DNA of 63,983 bases, counting the filler, from Reclinomonas americana ATCC 50394 (Eukaryota), in assembly GCA_048213135.1 (NCBI GenBank). It is 6 parts of 5 records of this genome, joined end to end, with 100 filler letters (N's around TTAATTAATTAA, not from the genome) between each part and the next. Parts side by side here need not be neighbours in the genome. Positions count along the whole stretch, not along the records: positions 1 to 29,124 come from PS015223.1; 5 more parts are not named here. One strand, given 5' to 3'. Below are positions 1-13,100 of the stretch, piece by piece. Each line of letters starts with the position of its first letter. Position 1 is the stretch's first letter. Under the pieces are notes generated by a model. The model did not search any database. It worked only from the letters and a program-made list of their open reading frames with translations, and was not told the DNA's origin. A program made the position numbers and the translations under genes.

Positions 1-2179
1 ACCGCCGCTGCCACGGCCCTCGTCGGCCACTCGGCCACCTTCGTACAGCGACGCTCTGTTGGCAGGCAAGGGCGCGTCATCGCCGGGTCGGCCACGCACA
101 GCCGCCGCCGGCGCCACCGCCGCCACTGCTGCAACTGCAGCTCCCGTTACCAATCTGTTGCTGTCGGAGCAAGCGCGACACTACGAGGAGCAGCGGAAGC
201 GCCTGGAGCAGCAGCGAGAGGAGATGAAGCGAGCGCAGCGCGAGGCCGAGCAGTTCAACAAGCTGCATGGTGGTGCTGCGAAGCGGAAGAAGAAGCAGAA
301 GCAGCAGCAAGTGGGCGAGGTCGCCGCTGAGGCGCCACAATCGCAGCCGCTGCCGCCACCGCCACCCGCGACAGCAGCAGCACCCAAGGTTACGTGGCTC
401 TTGCGTGACGTGCAACAGCACACTATGCAGCTCACTCACCATTGTTTTTTTCGCAGGTGGTGGCCCCCGTCAAAAAGTACAACGAGGCCCTCACACTCTT
501 CGACGTCATGGTGATTGGCAAGCGACGCGACTCGCCCTCACGCACACCGCCACCCACGCCTCCTCCTGCTGCTCGGGCGCGATCAGTGCCGCGACGGGCG
601 GTGCAGCCGGCAGCCTCAGCCTCCTCTCCAGTGCCCTCTGTCGCAGCCGGACGAGCGCCACCTGTCAACGCGTGGGGCCTCAAGCGGCCAGCCGTCACCA
701 CGACGACGACAACCACCACCACCACCATGACAACCGGCACCGCGGCAACTGCGGCAACTGCGGCTGCTGGGGGAGTATCATCTTCAAGTGCCACACCAGT
801 CACAGTGTTGCGTATTCGACGACCGGCTCCCTCGGGTGGCCGATCCGCGTTCTCCGACACCGAGGAGGCCATCTCGCGACAGGACAAGATGGTGTGCTGC
901 TCCTTTTGTCTTTTCTCTCTCCATCTCCACAATTGCCTCAAAATAACATGTATTGTTGGCCCTGCAGCGCAAGTACCGTCGCTTCCTGACCGATGCGCAA
1001 GTAGTGATCGAGAAGACCAAGAAGAAGCGACCGACGCCGCTGAAGAAGATTATCCGCGCGGAGCGAGCTCGGTGAGTGACCCAACACCTCACAGAGAGGA
1101 TGCGCGTTGATTGAATCGGAAAAAACACAGAATGCTGCGTGAACGAGCTGTGGCGGCTGGACTGCTGCCTCCGGATGCCGACAGCAGCAGCAGAAGCAGC
1201 GGCAGTGGCGGTGATGATGACGATGATGACGCAGGTGGCGAGAAGAGCAGTGCCAGTGGTGATGATGTAGGCGTGCGGAAGATGCAAGAAAAGGCAGTGC
1301 CATTCAAGGCGTCGGAGCTCCCGCCGTTGCCACTCGATGCCGACTGCCGGCTGTACCACAATATGGTGGTGCGAGAGTTGCGTGCTTTGCCGCTTGCGAA
1401 CGAGCTGTCGCCGACAGAACGCATATTCACGTGCGCGTGGTAGATTTGTGCGACAGGAGCTGGCCGCCGATCTCGACAGCATGGTGTGGGAGTTGCTGCA
1501 GACGCTGCGCAAGTATGAACTGCGCAATCGCGAGCGCAATTCTGTCAAGGTACTCGGGGAGTGTTGCGTGTGACTGTGTGCGTGCCAGCGGTCGTTGAGG
1601 CTCACGCCAGCGTGGTCGTGATCGCAGGCGCGCATGTCACGTCGCTACGTGTGTGGACTGCGAGAAATTGCCCGCGGCTGCCGTGCCAGCTCTGTCAAGT
1701 GTGTGATCATGGCGCCCAACATGCAGAAGGTCGCCGCACCCGGTGGCCTGGACGATATTCTGACGACGATTTTCGCCAGCTGCGAGAAAAACCGCATTCC
1801 CGTGGTGTTCGCCCTGTCGCGCAACCAGCTCACCCGAGCCATGCTGACGGAAGAGAAGCCACCGGGGGACGAGGACGACGGCGGTGGCGATGCGTCGTCG
1901 TCAGCGCCCAACAAGAGTCGACATCGGCCTCGACCGCTGCACACCCGAACCAAAATTAGCTGCGTGGGTATCAAGAGTGCTGAGGGCGGCCATCAAGTCT
2001 TCAAGCAGGTGCTCCGTCGCGCTGCCGAACTGCGCGCTGCGTGGGAGCAGAAAGCAGAAGAACTGGCGAATGCGCAAGCTGCTGCAGTGGACGTGCAAGC
2101 GCAAGCACAGCCTCTTCCTTCACCTTCCTCTCCTCCACCTCCACCTCCTCCTCCTCCTGCTGCTGCTGATGATGAATGA
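1..2179 (+). CDS. SECISBP2: SECIS-binding protein 2 (SBP2), 5'-partial, multi-exon
   Basis: Lys-rich SID motif KKRPTPLKKIIRAERAR (~1021-1071). VVREFVRQELAADLDSMVWELL...ELRNRERNSVK is followed by an L7Ae domain RRYVCGLRE...KCVIMAPN...GGLDD...IPVVFALSRNQL...SCVGI. GT-AG introns; stop TGA at 2177-2179. Confidence 0.9.
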
Positions 2180-2402
2180 AGGCATGCACAGCCTGCTGCT
2201 GTTGAATTGTGCGGGAAAGGGAGTTGTCCATGCGGAAACGTATGTCCGTGGCGGGAACACGTCATCACACACACAAGCAACGAACGCGGAGAGAGAGCCA
2301 CGCAACGGCGACCACTCCGCGCTCTCCTCTCTTCTTCCCACTTCCTTCGTGGTCCCACACATACGCGCGTGTGTGCGTCTCTGTGTCCTTTCTTGCGGCG
2401 AC

Positions 2403-3955
2403 ATGCCTCCTCGGCTGATCTTCATCGGCCGCCCCAAGGTCGGCAAGCGCACCAATGGCGCAGGGTCGTCTGCAGCCGCAGCCGCAGCAGCAGCAGCACC
2501 CTCGCCAGCTCCTCCGGCACCGCGCATTCCCGACTCGGTGGTTTTGCGCGATGGATTCACCATTGGACGCGTCAATGCCGATCTGTTGCGCTTGCATGAC
2601 ACACACACACACAGAGGCACACAAGACACGCTTTTGCGTATGCATGAGTCTTATTACTCGCTGCGGTGTCACAGAACATTCGATTCGGTGTATAGTCCAC
2701 GGATGATTTCCCGATTGCATGCCACCTTTGCTCTGGTGCCCGCCACCGGCATGTGGATGGTGCGCGACAACGACTCCACCAACGGTGTGTTTGTCAACGA
2801 CCGACGAGTCAAGGAGCAAGTGCTGTGGTTGCGTGTGCCCACTGTGTGCTGCCTCCTTTGCCGCCCTTCCTTGCATGACTGTTGTTGTGCATGCAGCAAT
2901 GGCGACATTGTGACCATTGGTGGTGCGGTGCACACGCCTGTCGGAGAGCTGTGGGAGGACTCGCGGGCGGCTGAGTTTGTGTTTCGGTTCGATGCGGGCA
3001 CGGCGGACTCGATGAGTTACGTTGCTGTGAATCACAGTGACTGTACGTGTGTGTGTCTGTGCGTGCGTGTGTGTGCTCATCCGGGCCAGTGCAGGTGGTC
3101 GTCCACCACAGTGTGCCACTGTCGACATGGTGTCGCAGCCGTCGGGCGTGTTTCGGGGTCGGTTGCCATTTGTGTGTCGCTCTTGTCTCCCTTCTCTGTT
3201 CACACTCACTATCAATCGCGTTTGCAGAGCCCGCACCTCGTGCTGCGAGAAAGCGCGATCGGGAATTGGGTGGTGGTGANNNNNNNNNNNNNNNNNNNNG
3301 CGAGGGCGGCGGAGACTCGCCAGCCGAGAATAGTACGCCCGTCAAGGCGGCCGAGCATCGCGCGCGGCCATCGACAGTGCGCGATCCCGATCCCGTGGCC
3401 TCGTCGCCGGCGCTGCGTGCACTGCGCGAGTTCAAGGAGGCGCGTGTGCGTCAGTCGGGCACAGTGCCGTCGGCGTGGCGTGCACGCCCCGACGAAGATG
3501 ACGAGCATGTGGCCGGCGAATCGGCTGCCATGGACGCCGTCGCCGGTGCGGTGCCTCGACGCTTGCCACCGGTAAAGGCACGCTCACACGCACGCCGACG
3601 CTCCTCTGTCGACGTTGGCAAGACCACACACACACGCACCAACAGCGGGAGCAGCAAACCGCAACCGGACACAGATGGAATCACCGACGTGGGCGTTGCG
3701 GGCGTGCACTCGCCTGAGCAAGCACAGGAGGGACGCGAACAGGAGCCGGCGGCAGACGACAACAATCCCGTGGATGCACCGCTGCCGCCACTGGCGGTGC
3801 CTCGAAAGCGCTCCTTGCCGCCCCTCGAACCGGCGGCCAATGACAGCGCCGACGATGGTGGTCACGTCGCCGCCGACACGGCGCTGGTACCATCGGTGCG
3901 GCCACTGGGTCGACTGCCTCCTCTGCGGCGTCAGTCGCTGGTTGTCGACTCATAA
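2403..3955 (+). CDS. FHA-domain protein with low-complexity C-terminus, multi-exon
   Basis: FHA motifs FTIGR, MISRLHA, VRDNDSTNGVFVN and NGDIVTIGG join across GT-AG introns. ATG 2403; stop TAA ending at 3955. Confidence 0.8.
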
Positions 3956-4008
3956 AAGAAGTGGTTGAGTGTGTTTCACTTGCGGATAGTTGCGCCAGAG
4001 TACTCTGA

Positions 4009-4889
4009 CTAAATCTCCTGCTCCTCCACCGTGCCGCCTGAGTCAGACGCCGTGATGGCACTCCGGTTCGCCGTCTCCGGCTGCTGCTCCTCCTCCTCGA
4101 CCGTGCCACGTGAACCGGATGACATGAACGCGCGGCACTTCAGCAGCAGTTGGTCCAGCAGCATGCGTACTACACGCGGCGCACGCGCCAGATCCTCGCC
4201 AATCGAGCTCAGTTTGGCAGTCACCTCCTTCTCCAGACGCTGCGCGAAGCCAATGGTGCTGCGATGCACAAGCTGGCTCCAAGCCACCAAATAGGCACCA
4301 GACGGCTCGAGCAACTGCTCATGAGAGACGGAGGGCGTCACGTGGAAGTCGCAGAAGTCTCGTATCTCAGTCAGAAGTTGAACTGTGCAAATGTTATTGT
4401 TAGAGCGCGCAGGTTAGCCGACGCGACATGCACTTACAAACCCTCCCACTCCATCAAGTGTTGGTACGCGTTCGGGGCACAGGCACATTGGCGCAGACAG
4501 TTGGAGAGCTCGAGAATACAATCATCACGCTGCTGCTCCTCAGGAAGGTCACTCAGAATGATGGGGGCCGAGAACAGTTCGTTTTGCAGGCGGTCCAGCG
4601 CGGCAGGGTCTCTGCTGTCGTCTGGCTGCTTCAGGAACTCGCCGATTTCGTGCGTGTAGTGCCACGCTGCACGGTGCCCATCGTGGAACTCGTCACTGTC
4701 TTCGAGGGGCTGATCGACGACGCGGCGGAATGTTTTTCTGATGGTCACCACAACAGTGTGAGGCTGAAAACAGATACAGTTTGTAAGACATCACATTATT
4801 GAAGTGATTCGCGCGCAAGCGCAGCGCAGCGTGTGTATGTGTGCGTGTGCAGCAGATGTCTTCTGTGTGCGTGTGTGCGTGTGCGTGTG

Positions 4890-4923
<34 letters not shown>

Positions 4924-5030
4924 GTGTCCAACGCACTGCGCTCATGTAAGACTCGATCCAGACGCCGAGCCGGAGGATCCAGAGGATGATCCTGTGACAG
5001 TCGGATGAAACCTCTGTCTGGTGATGACAC
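4009..5030 (-). CDS. Hypothetical protein, multi-exon, start not resolved
   Basis: Coding-like segments at 4942-5030, 4434-4760 and 4009-4330, separated by intron-like CA-rich sequence. No motif recognised. Confidence 0.5.
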
Positions 5031-5463
5031 AAGACGACAAAAAAAGAAAACGCAATGCTGGTCTACAGATTGGTCTTCTTCGAGCGAGTGGTTTCTTGTC
5101 AGGTTTTAGCGCGACTAGGTGCGTTTCACAGCTTCCATCCCAGGCTTGCTGGGGATGCCAAATCTGTTGTGAGGTGCGGAGCGAAGGAGTGGTTGAGCAA
5201 TACGGCATCACTGCATTTCATTCTTGTCGTCCTCTCTCTTTCTCGCTCTCAGTGTGCCTCGTCCCAAAACAGGCAACAACAACAACAGGAGCAGGAGCAG
5301 AGAGAGAGAGGGGAGATGTGGTGTGAAGAGAGAAACGGAACACAGGTGGCCACAAAGCGCAGCGAAACAACGTGACAAGGCTATGCGCACCAGCAGGAAA
5401 CACGAAAGAGCAGAAACAACAAAACAAGTATTAATGTAGGGAGCACTGTAGAGAGAGGGGGGA

Positions 5464-8400
5464 TTATGCCCAGCCAAACTCGCGCAGGCAGTCCACAATG
5501 CCAGAGCCGTGCTTGGCCTCCAGCACCGGCTTCTCCTGCGTCGGCAACATCGTTCGGCACGAGTCCTGCAAACACGCACAAAAAATGAGGGGGAGGAGTG
5601 CATTCGAGTGACATATATGTGCGAGTGGACGCAACGAGCAACGGGGCGCTGGCCGGGTTGATCACAATACCCTTGTGCCACGGGGCGGCGCCGTCAATCA
5701 GTTCCAGATCGTTGGCCGAGTCGCCGCACACGCAAATGTAGTCGAGTGAGCTCATTGGCAGGCGACCCGACTTGAGCAGGAAGTCGAGTGCTTGGCGCTT
5801 GCCGGCGACACGCGGGATAATGTCGACCCAGCGGTGCGTACCGTGGCCCGACACAATGACACGCGCATCGAAGAGTGCCTGCATGGCATTCTCCAGGCGC
5901 TTCTCCTCACGCAACACCTCGCCCACCTCGGCCTTGTAGCCGACCTTCAGCGGCATCGAATTCGCCGCCTCGTACTCCTGCACCTCCAGGAACGGGAAGT
6001 TGGTGGCGCAAAACGCCACAATGCTCTCGCGGGTGAAGCGCGGGCAGTGGCGGTGCTGAATGGCGTCCCACTCCTCCACGTGCATGAACGGTGGCTCCAC
6101 GCCGCCCAGCAGAGCCGACGACAGGCGGTAAATGCCAGTGCCGACACCGCAGATCAGCTGCGGCGAGGGAAAGGAGAAGGAGAAGAAGAGAATAAGTCGA
6201 ATGGATGAGAGAGAAGAAGACTGAGAAATGTGACGCACCCAGTCGGGCAGCGGCAGGCCGGCGGTGACCTGGGCCTCCATGAACACCTTCAGATTGCGGC
6301 CCGTGTTGTAGACCAGGGTGGAGCCGCGGAACGCCTGCTCGCAGTCCCAGTGCTGCGTGAATGCGTCGCTCTCCAGATCGCGACTGGCAATGCCGCTGCT
6401 GCTGTCGACCAGCGCACCATCGATCGAGGTGACCAAGGTGATGGGCGGCAGGTCGAGGCGGAGACGGCGGATGATGCCGTTCGACAAGGTGTAGGCACCG
6501 CGCGGCAGGTTCTTGAACGACGACGTCGGGCTCAGCACCGAAGCGGCGCCCTCCGGCTCACGCAGCACGTAGTTCTTTTGCGGCACGGCATCGGCGTTGT
6601 CCCACGCACCCTCGCCGTTGGTGATGGAGAATTGGAGAATCGAGTGCTCGGCACCCTCGTAGACGGGCAGCAGAGCCTCGCGCCAGCCACTGCACGCAAG
6701 GGTGAGTCAATGGTAAAGGGGGTATGAGGTGAAGCAGACAAACCTGCGCATGGCGGCGGGGATGCGGGGCGAGTTGGCAATCATCTCCTGCGTCTTCCAC
6801 TCCTCCTCGTGGGTGACCGGGTTGCGCATCAGGTAGTGCACGAATGCACGCGGCCACGAAGTACGGTACAGCAGCAACACCTGCGACACGCATCAGCATA
6901 AGTATGCTTTTAAAAACTGGAAATTGCAACAAAACAGCAGACCTTGTTGCGCTCATCGTCGACCGAGGCATCGGCCACGGCAGTGGCGGCTGCGGTGGCC
7001 TTGGAGGACGACGCCGGGGGCGTCGGCACCTCCACCTCCTCCTCCTCGCCGTCATCGGCCGTGATATCGCTGCTGTCCTCGGCGGCCAAATCAAAGGCCA
7101 CCGCCTGCTGCGGCGGCGCCTTCTCCGTCAGCACCTTTTCGCTCTCCGACTGCGTGGAGGTGGCGACGGGGCTCTTGCGGTTGGGCGAGCGGTCGGTCTG
7201 GAACCATTCATGAATGTCCTTCATGCGGCGCTCCAGATCCTCGACCTTGAGCACGGCCGCATTGAGGAAGTCCTTCATCACCGGCCTGCTCGAAAAGCCA
7301 ACAGAATCAGCAATTCACATGCATGCATGCACACCAAGCAGAGGATTCTCCGGGGGGCAACGGCAACACGCAACTCGAACTCCTGCACGGTGATCTGGCC
7401 CGACTTGTGCACGTCCAGCTCCTCAAACTCTGCGATTCCCTTCCAGTCAGAGACAGAGACACAAAGAGTGAAGTGAAGGGCACAGGTAAGAGTGTGCACG
7501 CAACTCTTGGCCAGATCCGCATCCGACGGCACCTCGCTCGGCGGCAGCAGCATGTGCTTGTAGAACTCCTTGGTCGTCTGTTCCGACAGAGGGAGGAGAT
7601 GATTAGCATATGACAACAACAAGTGAGGAGTATTGAGTGTCCGCGCAACAGCAATGAACTCGTCGCACGACAGATCGCCATTGGCATCAATGTCGGAGGA
7701 GGTGAAGAAGCGCTGCACAGTGCGCCTGTGTGCACAGAGAGAGCCAATTTGAGATCGAGTGAGAGAGAGAGAGCGACGGGGAGAGAGAGAATCACAACGC
7801 AACTTGAACTCCTCTGTCGAGTTGAGGGCGCGACGCTGTACAAGCAGCACACAAAGAGTGAGAGAGTGAGTGAATGAGAGAGCCAGTGTGCTGATATTCT
7901 GCGGAAATGTATGTGATTGTGCCAGTGCATCACTCTCAGTGTGTTGCGTGTGCGCTGAGTGTGTATATGTGCAGCAGATGATGACGCAAGCACGCGCACA
8001 ATGAGTGACCGGAAGAAGGGAAATCGTCCCGGGCGCGCGAAAGACATGTGCAACGCAACACACACTCTCTCGCTCTCCAGCAGCACACACGCACACAAAG
8101 AACAAACACCACAGAACGCACATAAAGAGAGAGAAAGATGCGCTTGTGTGTATACACACACTGCTGCACCAGTCGCAAGATTCGCACAACAAAAAACTAT
8201 CTTTCAGGCACACGCACCATGCGCTGACTGAGTGTGAGTCCACCAGCCGAGGGCGAGGCAAAGGCGCCACTCAGAGTCGACATGGTCGCTGTTGCTGTGG
8301 AGCTGCTGCTGCTCTTGGTCGGTGTGCTGACAGCAGTGGGAGAGGCGAGGATGTTGCGCATGGCTTGCACGGCGGCAGCGGCCGCAGACGGCGAAGGCGA

Positions 8401-8568
8401 GGGGCGTGCGGCGCCTGAGGAGGACGACGACGAGGAGAAGGTGGATGACTGCGAGGAGAAGGACGACGACGACTGCTGCGCGGTGGTGGTGGTTGTGCGT
8501 TGCGTCGAGCTGCGTTGTGCGGCCTGTTGTTGCTGCTGTTGAGAGGCTTGTGGGCGGCGAGATGACAT
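5464..8568 (-). CDS. EF-hand + CBM25-like carbohydrate-binding + sucrose-phosphatase-like (HAD IIB) fusion protein
   Basis: EF loops DIDANGDLSCDEF and DVHKSGQITVQEF. CBM-like LYRTSWPRAFVHY...W...GWREALL...QFSITNGEGAWDN...NY. HAD motifs LVTSIDGAL, LVYNTGR, PDWLICGVGT, VDIIPRVAGKRQAL, VCGDSANDLEL. Last exon ends GIVDCLREFGWA*. Confidence 0.8.
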
Positions 8569-9213
8569 GATGTGATGGGTTGATGATAAGGAGGAGGTGG
8601 TCTGCACGCGCGGCGAGAGGAGAGAGAAGAATGGATTGATGAGCCAGGCGGACAAATGCAATTCTCGTGCAGCAGTGGTGCTGGTGCACTGTGTGTTTTC
8701 TTTGTTTCTGTTGAGTGTGTGCGTGTATGTGAATATGTGCGTGTTTCCTTGTGCGACAGCGGGTATGTGTGCTGGTGTTGTTGGTCATGCATGATGTCGC
8801 AGTGTCGAGGGAATCTCTGCATCTTTTGTCGTCAGCTGTCGCAGTGGAGATGGGGTGGTGAGTCGGTCATTGTCGTTCTCGGTGTCACACATGACCACGA
8901 TGTCGGCTGCTTGCGATCTACTTCCCACTCCACCAACTGCAAAACCAAACTCATGATCAAAAAGATCGACAACAACATCAACACGCCTAGTGGGCGTACG
9001 TGTCATCACTTCATTCATCATACCAGATCGGGTGAATCCTCACTCAGCAGCAAGTGGTGAACGACAAGGGGGGGGAGCACACGAGAATCGCAGTATCCAT
9101 TGTTGTGCACTGTCAGTGAATGCGACAAGGCGATGAGGAGTCAGAAGAAAACGAGCCAGACAACGAAGTCGAAGAGACACCCAGTTGGATGGAGCACACA
9201 CTCATGTTGTTAT

Positions 9214-9894
9214 TTACACCTTTAATCCTGAACTGCAATCGCCATTCGTCGCGCACACAGTATTAGTGACCGGCGGCACCACTCCCGCTTTGAGGCAGCA
9301 CGTCCCCGTTGAAGACGTGTAAGTCCAGCTCCCACACGCCGCCTCGGCGGAGCACCCCACCGAGCAAGCTTGTGGTCCTCCGTACAAGTCGCTGTTGCAG
9401 CTCACATCGACACCACCTGTTCGAGCTGCATGCACACGATACACACCACTGTTACATCAGCACAGACATTGAAGGATTACGTGACAGCACTCACACACAC
9501 AAACCAGAATAGATCTCAAAGTTCCAGCTGTCGTACTTGGCCGCCAGTGTTTTCTTGCCCGACGACATGCAATAATGGGACCCGCAGATGTTGTTGGTCT
9601 CGGCATTGGCCACTGTGGCCGGGACAGTGGACTGGAAACTCTCAATAATGAGCACATCATGACGCGTACAAAAACCACTTTGCGAACATCCAACAACGTA
9701 ATGAACCTTGAGCCTGCACAAATGGACACCGTCCGCGTTGCTGGCCGCCGCTCCATCCAAAAACGTCCATGATCTACACACCGGGTCGCGATCACACAGG
9801 TAGCAGCACGCCAGCTCGTGCGCAACTCCCGTGTGCACCGTATACACACTGCCTGGCCGATCGACGGCTTCGATTGCGCACACCTCCAGACCCA
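9214..9894 (-). CDS. Exons encoding two PAN/apple-like Cys-rich domains, possibly the 3' end of the upstream adhesin gene
   Basis: CAIEAVDRPG...ACCYLCDRDPVCRSWTF...CRLK and ACSVGCSAEAACGSWTY...CCLK. No own ATG or signal peptide seen; begins at an AG acceptor. Confidence 0.65.
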
Positions 9895-10153
9895 CTGTCG
9901 CACAACGCACCACGCATAAGTCGAAGCAATACAAGCCCCAGATTGTGCAGCTCAGAAAGGAAACAGTATAGCTCTGCACGGTACTCCAGTGTTCCTTGTT
10001 CGCGTATCACGATCCAATTCATCGCAATGTCTCGCTCACACTCACTGCAGCTGTGACCCTTTTCACAACACTGCAGGTTCTACGACGAAAGAACTGGAAA
10101 GGATACGATCAATAAGAAATCTGCCATCAATGTCTCTTCTCTTGCCGCTCTAG

Positions 10154-13100
10154 CTATATATACTCCATTGTCTGCGTAACGCCTGCAAGCGTGTGCAACA
10201 GAAAAGACCACTCGGGAACACAACAACAAAAAAACGCCCACCAACAAACCTGGCCCCTCAAACTCGCGCATAACGTTGCATGACGTTCCTGAACATCAGT
10301 CAACACCACACAGCACACGCACAGCAGAAAGTCAGCATTTTTCTTCCGCGAATCAAACAGCAGAACTTGAAGGGTCTCTCTCTTCCTCTCTCTCTCTCTC
10401 TCCCTCTCCCTCCCTCTCACAAGAACAAACCTATCGCTCGCGAAACCGTCAGCGTCCGCGTCACCGCCAGACTCGGCAAGTTCGTATTCGTGGCAACAAC
10501 CGTCACACTCAGCCACCGACCAGTCCGCCCAGCCGCAGTGATGCGCAGTTGGTTGCCTCCAGAAATGTTGAACCAGGCACCGTGTGGTCCGCCCACTATC
10601 GAAAACGTGTACGACTGGCCAGTGACCACGGGCGACGGCACGCTGAGCGTGCCCACCACAACCTGAGCAACCGACGGTGACGTATATGTTCCCGGAGTCA
10701 AGTTGATAAACACTGGTGCGGGTGGCATAACCACCGTCACAAGCACGGTGCCAGTGGCACTCAGAACACCACCTGTACCCTGTGCTCCGCCAGAGTTGCC
10801 ATCGCTGAAAGTCCACCGCATCAGTGCCGTCGACGCAGGTGCAGCACTGAGGTTTGCGTACGCAATCTGCTGCATCGCTGCATTCACCAGCGCGTTTGTC
10901 GCGCTGCCGTTGAACGTGAGCACAACCGTGCCGCCACTGTTGGTCGTGACTGTGCCAATGACCGTGCCGCCAACTGTACACGTGCCGCCCTCAGTTAGTG
11001 CTCCAAGAGTGCCCATGCCGGAAAACACGTCCTGCACACTGGCACCGCCATCACGCGTCACCGTGAATGTCGCACCGGAAAAGTTGTTGAGAAGGCTCAG
11101 TTCGGCGTCGTAGATTGTCATGCTGCTGACGAGCGCAATGCCGCTGCCGCCTGTATAGTACGTGGCAGAAGAGCTGGCCGACGCGGCGACCGGTGCGTCG
11201 TTGATGCTGGTCACCGTCAGCGAGGCAGTCTGGGTCGCTGTGCTGAAGGCCGACAGCCCACCGTTCGAGCTCGCGTCTGCCTGCGACCCTGCTGCACCTC
11301 CGTCAGTCTGGTCCCAGGCACGGAAAGTCACTCCCGCTGTGCCACCAATGACAGTGTCTGGCAAGAACCGAACCCTGTCAGTGTCTCGCAACAACAGTGC
11401 CGCCGCGTTGCTCAGGCCGCCAGGCATGTTGGTCCATGAGCTGCCGTTGTCCAGCGAGAACTGCCATACGCCACTGCCTGCGACACTGACAGCCGTCACG
11501 GCAACGCCCTTTGCCGACGCGCGCGACGCGTCTGCATCTGTCACGCGTCCACTGATGACAGCCGACACCAAGTCGCCCGAGTTGCTCGTCTGATCCTCGG
11601 TGATGGCACTCAGTGCGTTCGCTCCAGTCAGTGCCGGAGCGGTGTTCGCGCTCGCGGTAATGGACCACATTTTGGAAGCGATCAACGAGCTGCGGGCGGT
11701 GCTTCCAGTGGGACCGTAGAACACGCCAGAGGCCCCCAGCGTGACGGCTGACTTGACGTTCTGAGCGGCCCAGCCGACCAGAATGGCATTGAAGTTGGGC
11801 ACACTTAGACCGCTGCTGTCCAACATGTTGCTCATCGAGGTCACTTGGGTCACATTCCACCCGCCAATGTTCTGGTTGAACACCGTCGCCACGTAGAACA
11901 TGCTCGCCATGTTGGTGACGGCAGCGGTGTTCCACCCGCTAATGTTCTGATTGAACACCGTCGCCCCACGGAACATGTTCGACATATCGGTTACGGCAGC
12001 AGTGTTCCATCCGCCAATGCTCTGGTTGAACGCCGTCGCACCGTAGAACATGCTCGCCATGGTGGTGACAGCAGCAGTGCTCCATCCGCCAATGTTCTGG
12101 TTGAACGCCGTCGCGCCACGGAACATGGCCGACATATCGGAAACGGCAGCAGTGTTCCACCCGCTAATGTTATGGTTGAACGCCGCCGCCCCGTAGAACA
12201 TGCTTGACATGTTGGTGACGGCAGCAGTGCTCCATCCGCCAATGTTCTGGTTGAACGCCGTCGCCGAGTAGAACATGGTCAACATGTTGGTGACGGAAGC
12301 AGTGTTCCATCCGCTAATGTCACCGTTGAACGCCGTCGCCAACTTGAACATGCTCAACATGTTGGTGACGGCAGCAGTATTCCACCCGCTAATGTCACCG
12401 TTGAATGCCGTCGCTCCCTGGAACATGGCCGACATATCGGTAACGGCAACAGTGTTCCATCCGCCAATGTTTCCGTTGAATGACGATGCCCCGTAGAACA
12501 TGAACGACATGTTGGTGACGGAAGCAGTATTCCACCCGCTAATATCACCGTTGAATGCCGTCGCCCCACGGAACATGGCCGACATATCAGTAACGGCAGC
12601 AGTGTTCCATCCGCCAATGTTCTGATTGAACGCCGTCGCCGAGTAGAACACGCTCGACATGTTGGTGACGGCAGCAGTGTTCCACCCGCTAACGTTCTGG
12701 TTGAACGCCGCCGCCCCATAGAACATGCTCGACATGGTGGTGACGGCAGCGGTGTTCCATCCGCCAATGTTCTGGTTGAACGCCGGCGCCGAGTAGAACA
12801 TGTTTGACATGTTGGTGACGGCAGCAGTACTCCATCCGCCAATGTTCTGGTTGAACGCCGTCGCCAACTTGAACATGCTCGCCATGGTGGTGACGGCAGC
12901 AGTATTCCACCCGCTAATGTCACCGTTAAAAGCCGTCGCCCCGTTGAACATGTACGACATGTTGGTGACGGCAGCAGTGTTCCATCCACTACAGTTCTGG
13001 TTGAACGCCGTCGCCCCGTTGNNNNNNNNNNNNNNNNNNNNNNNNNNNNNNNNNNNNNNNNNNNNNNNNNNNNNNNNNNNNNNNNNNNNNNNNNNNNNNN

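Noticed and set aside
1431-1443. Apparent 13-nt micro-intron or frameshift in SBP2
   Set aside because: An ordinary ~66-nt GT-AG intron starting near 1378 gives VVREFVRQEL, which fits SBP2 better.
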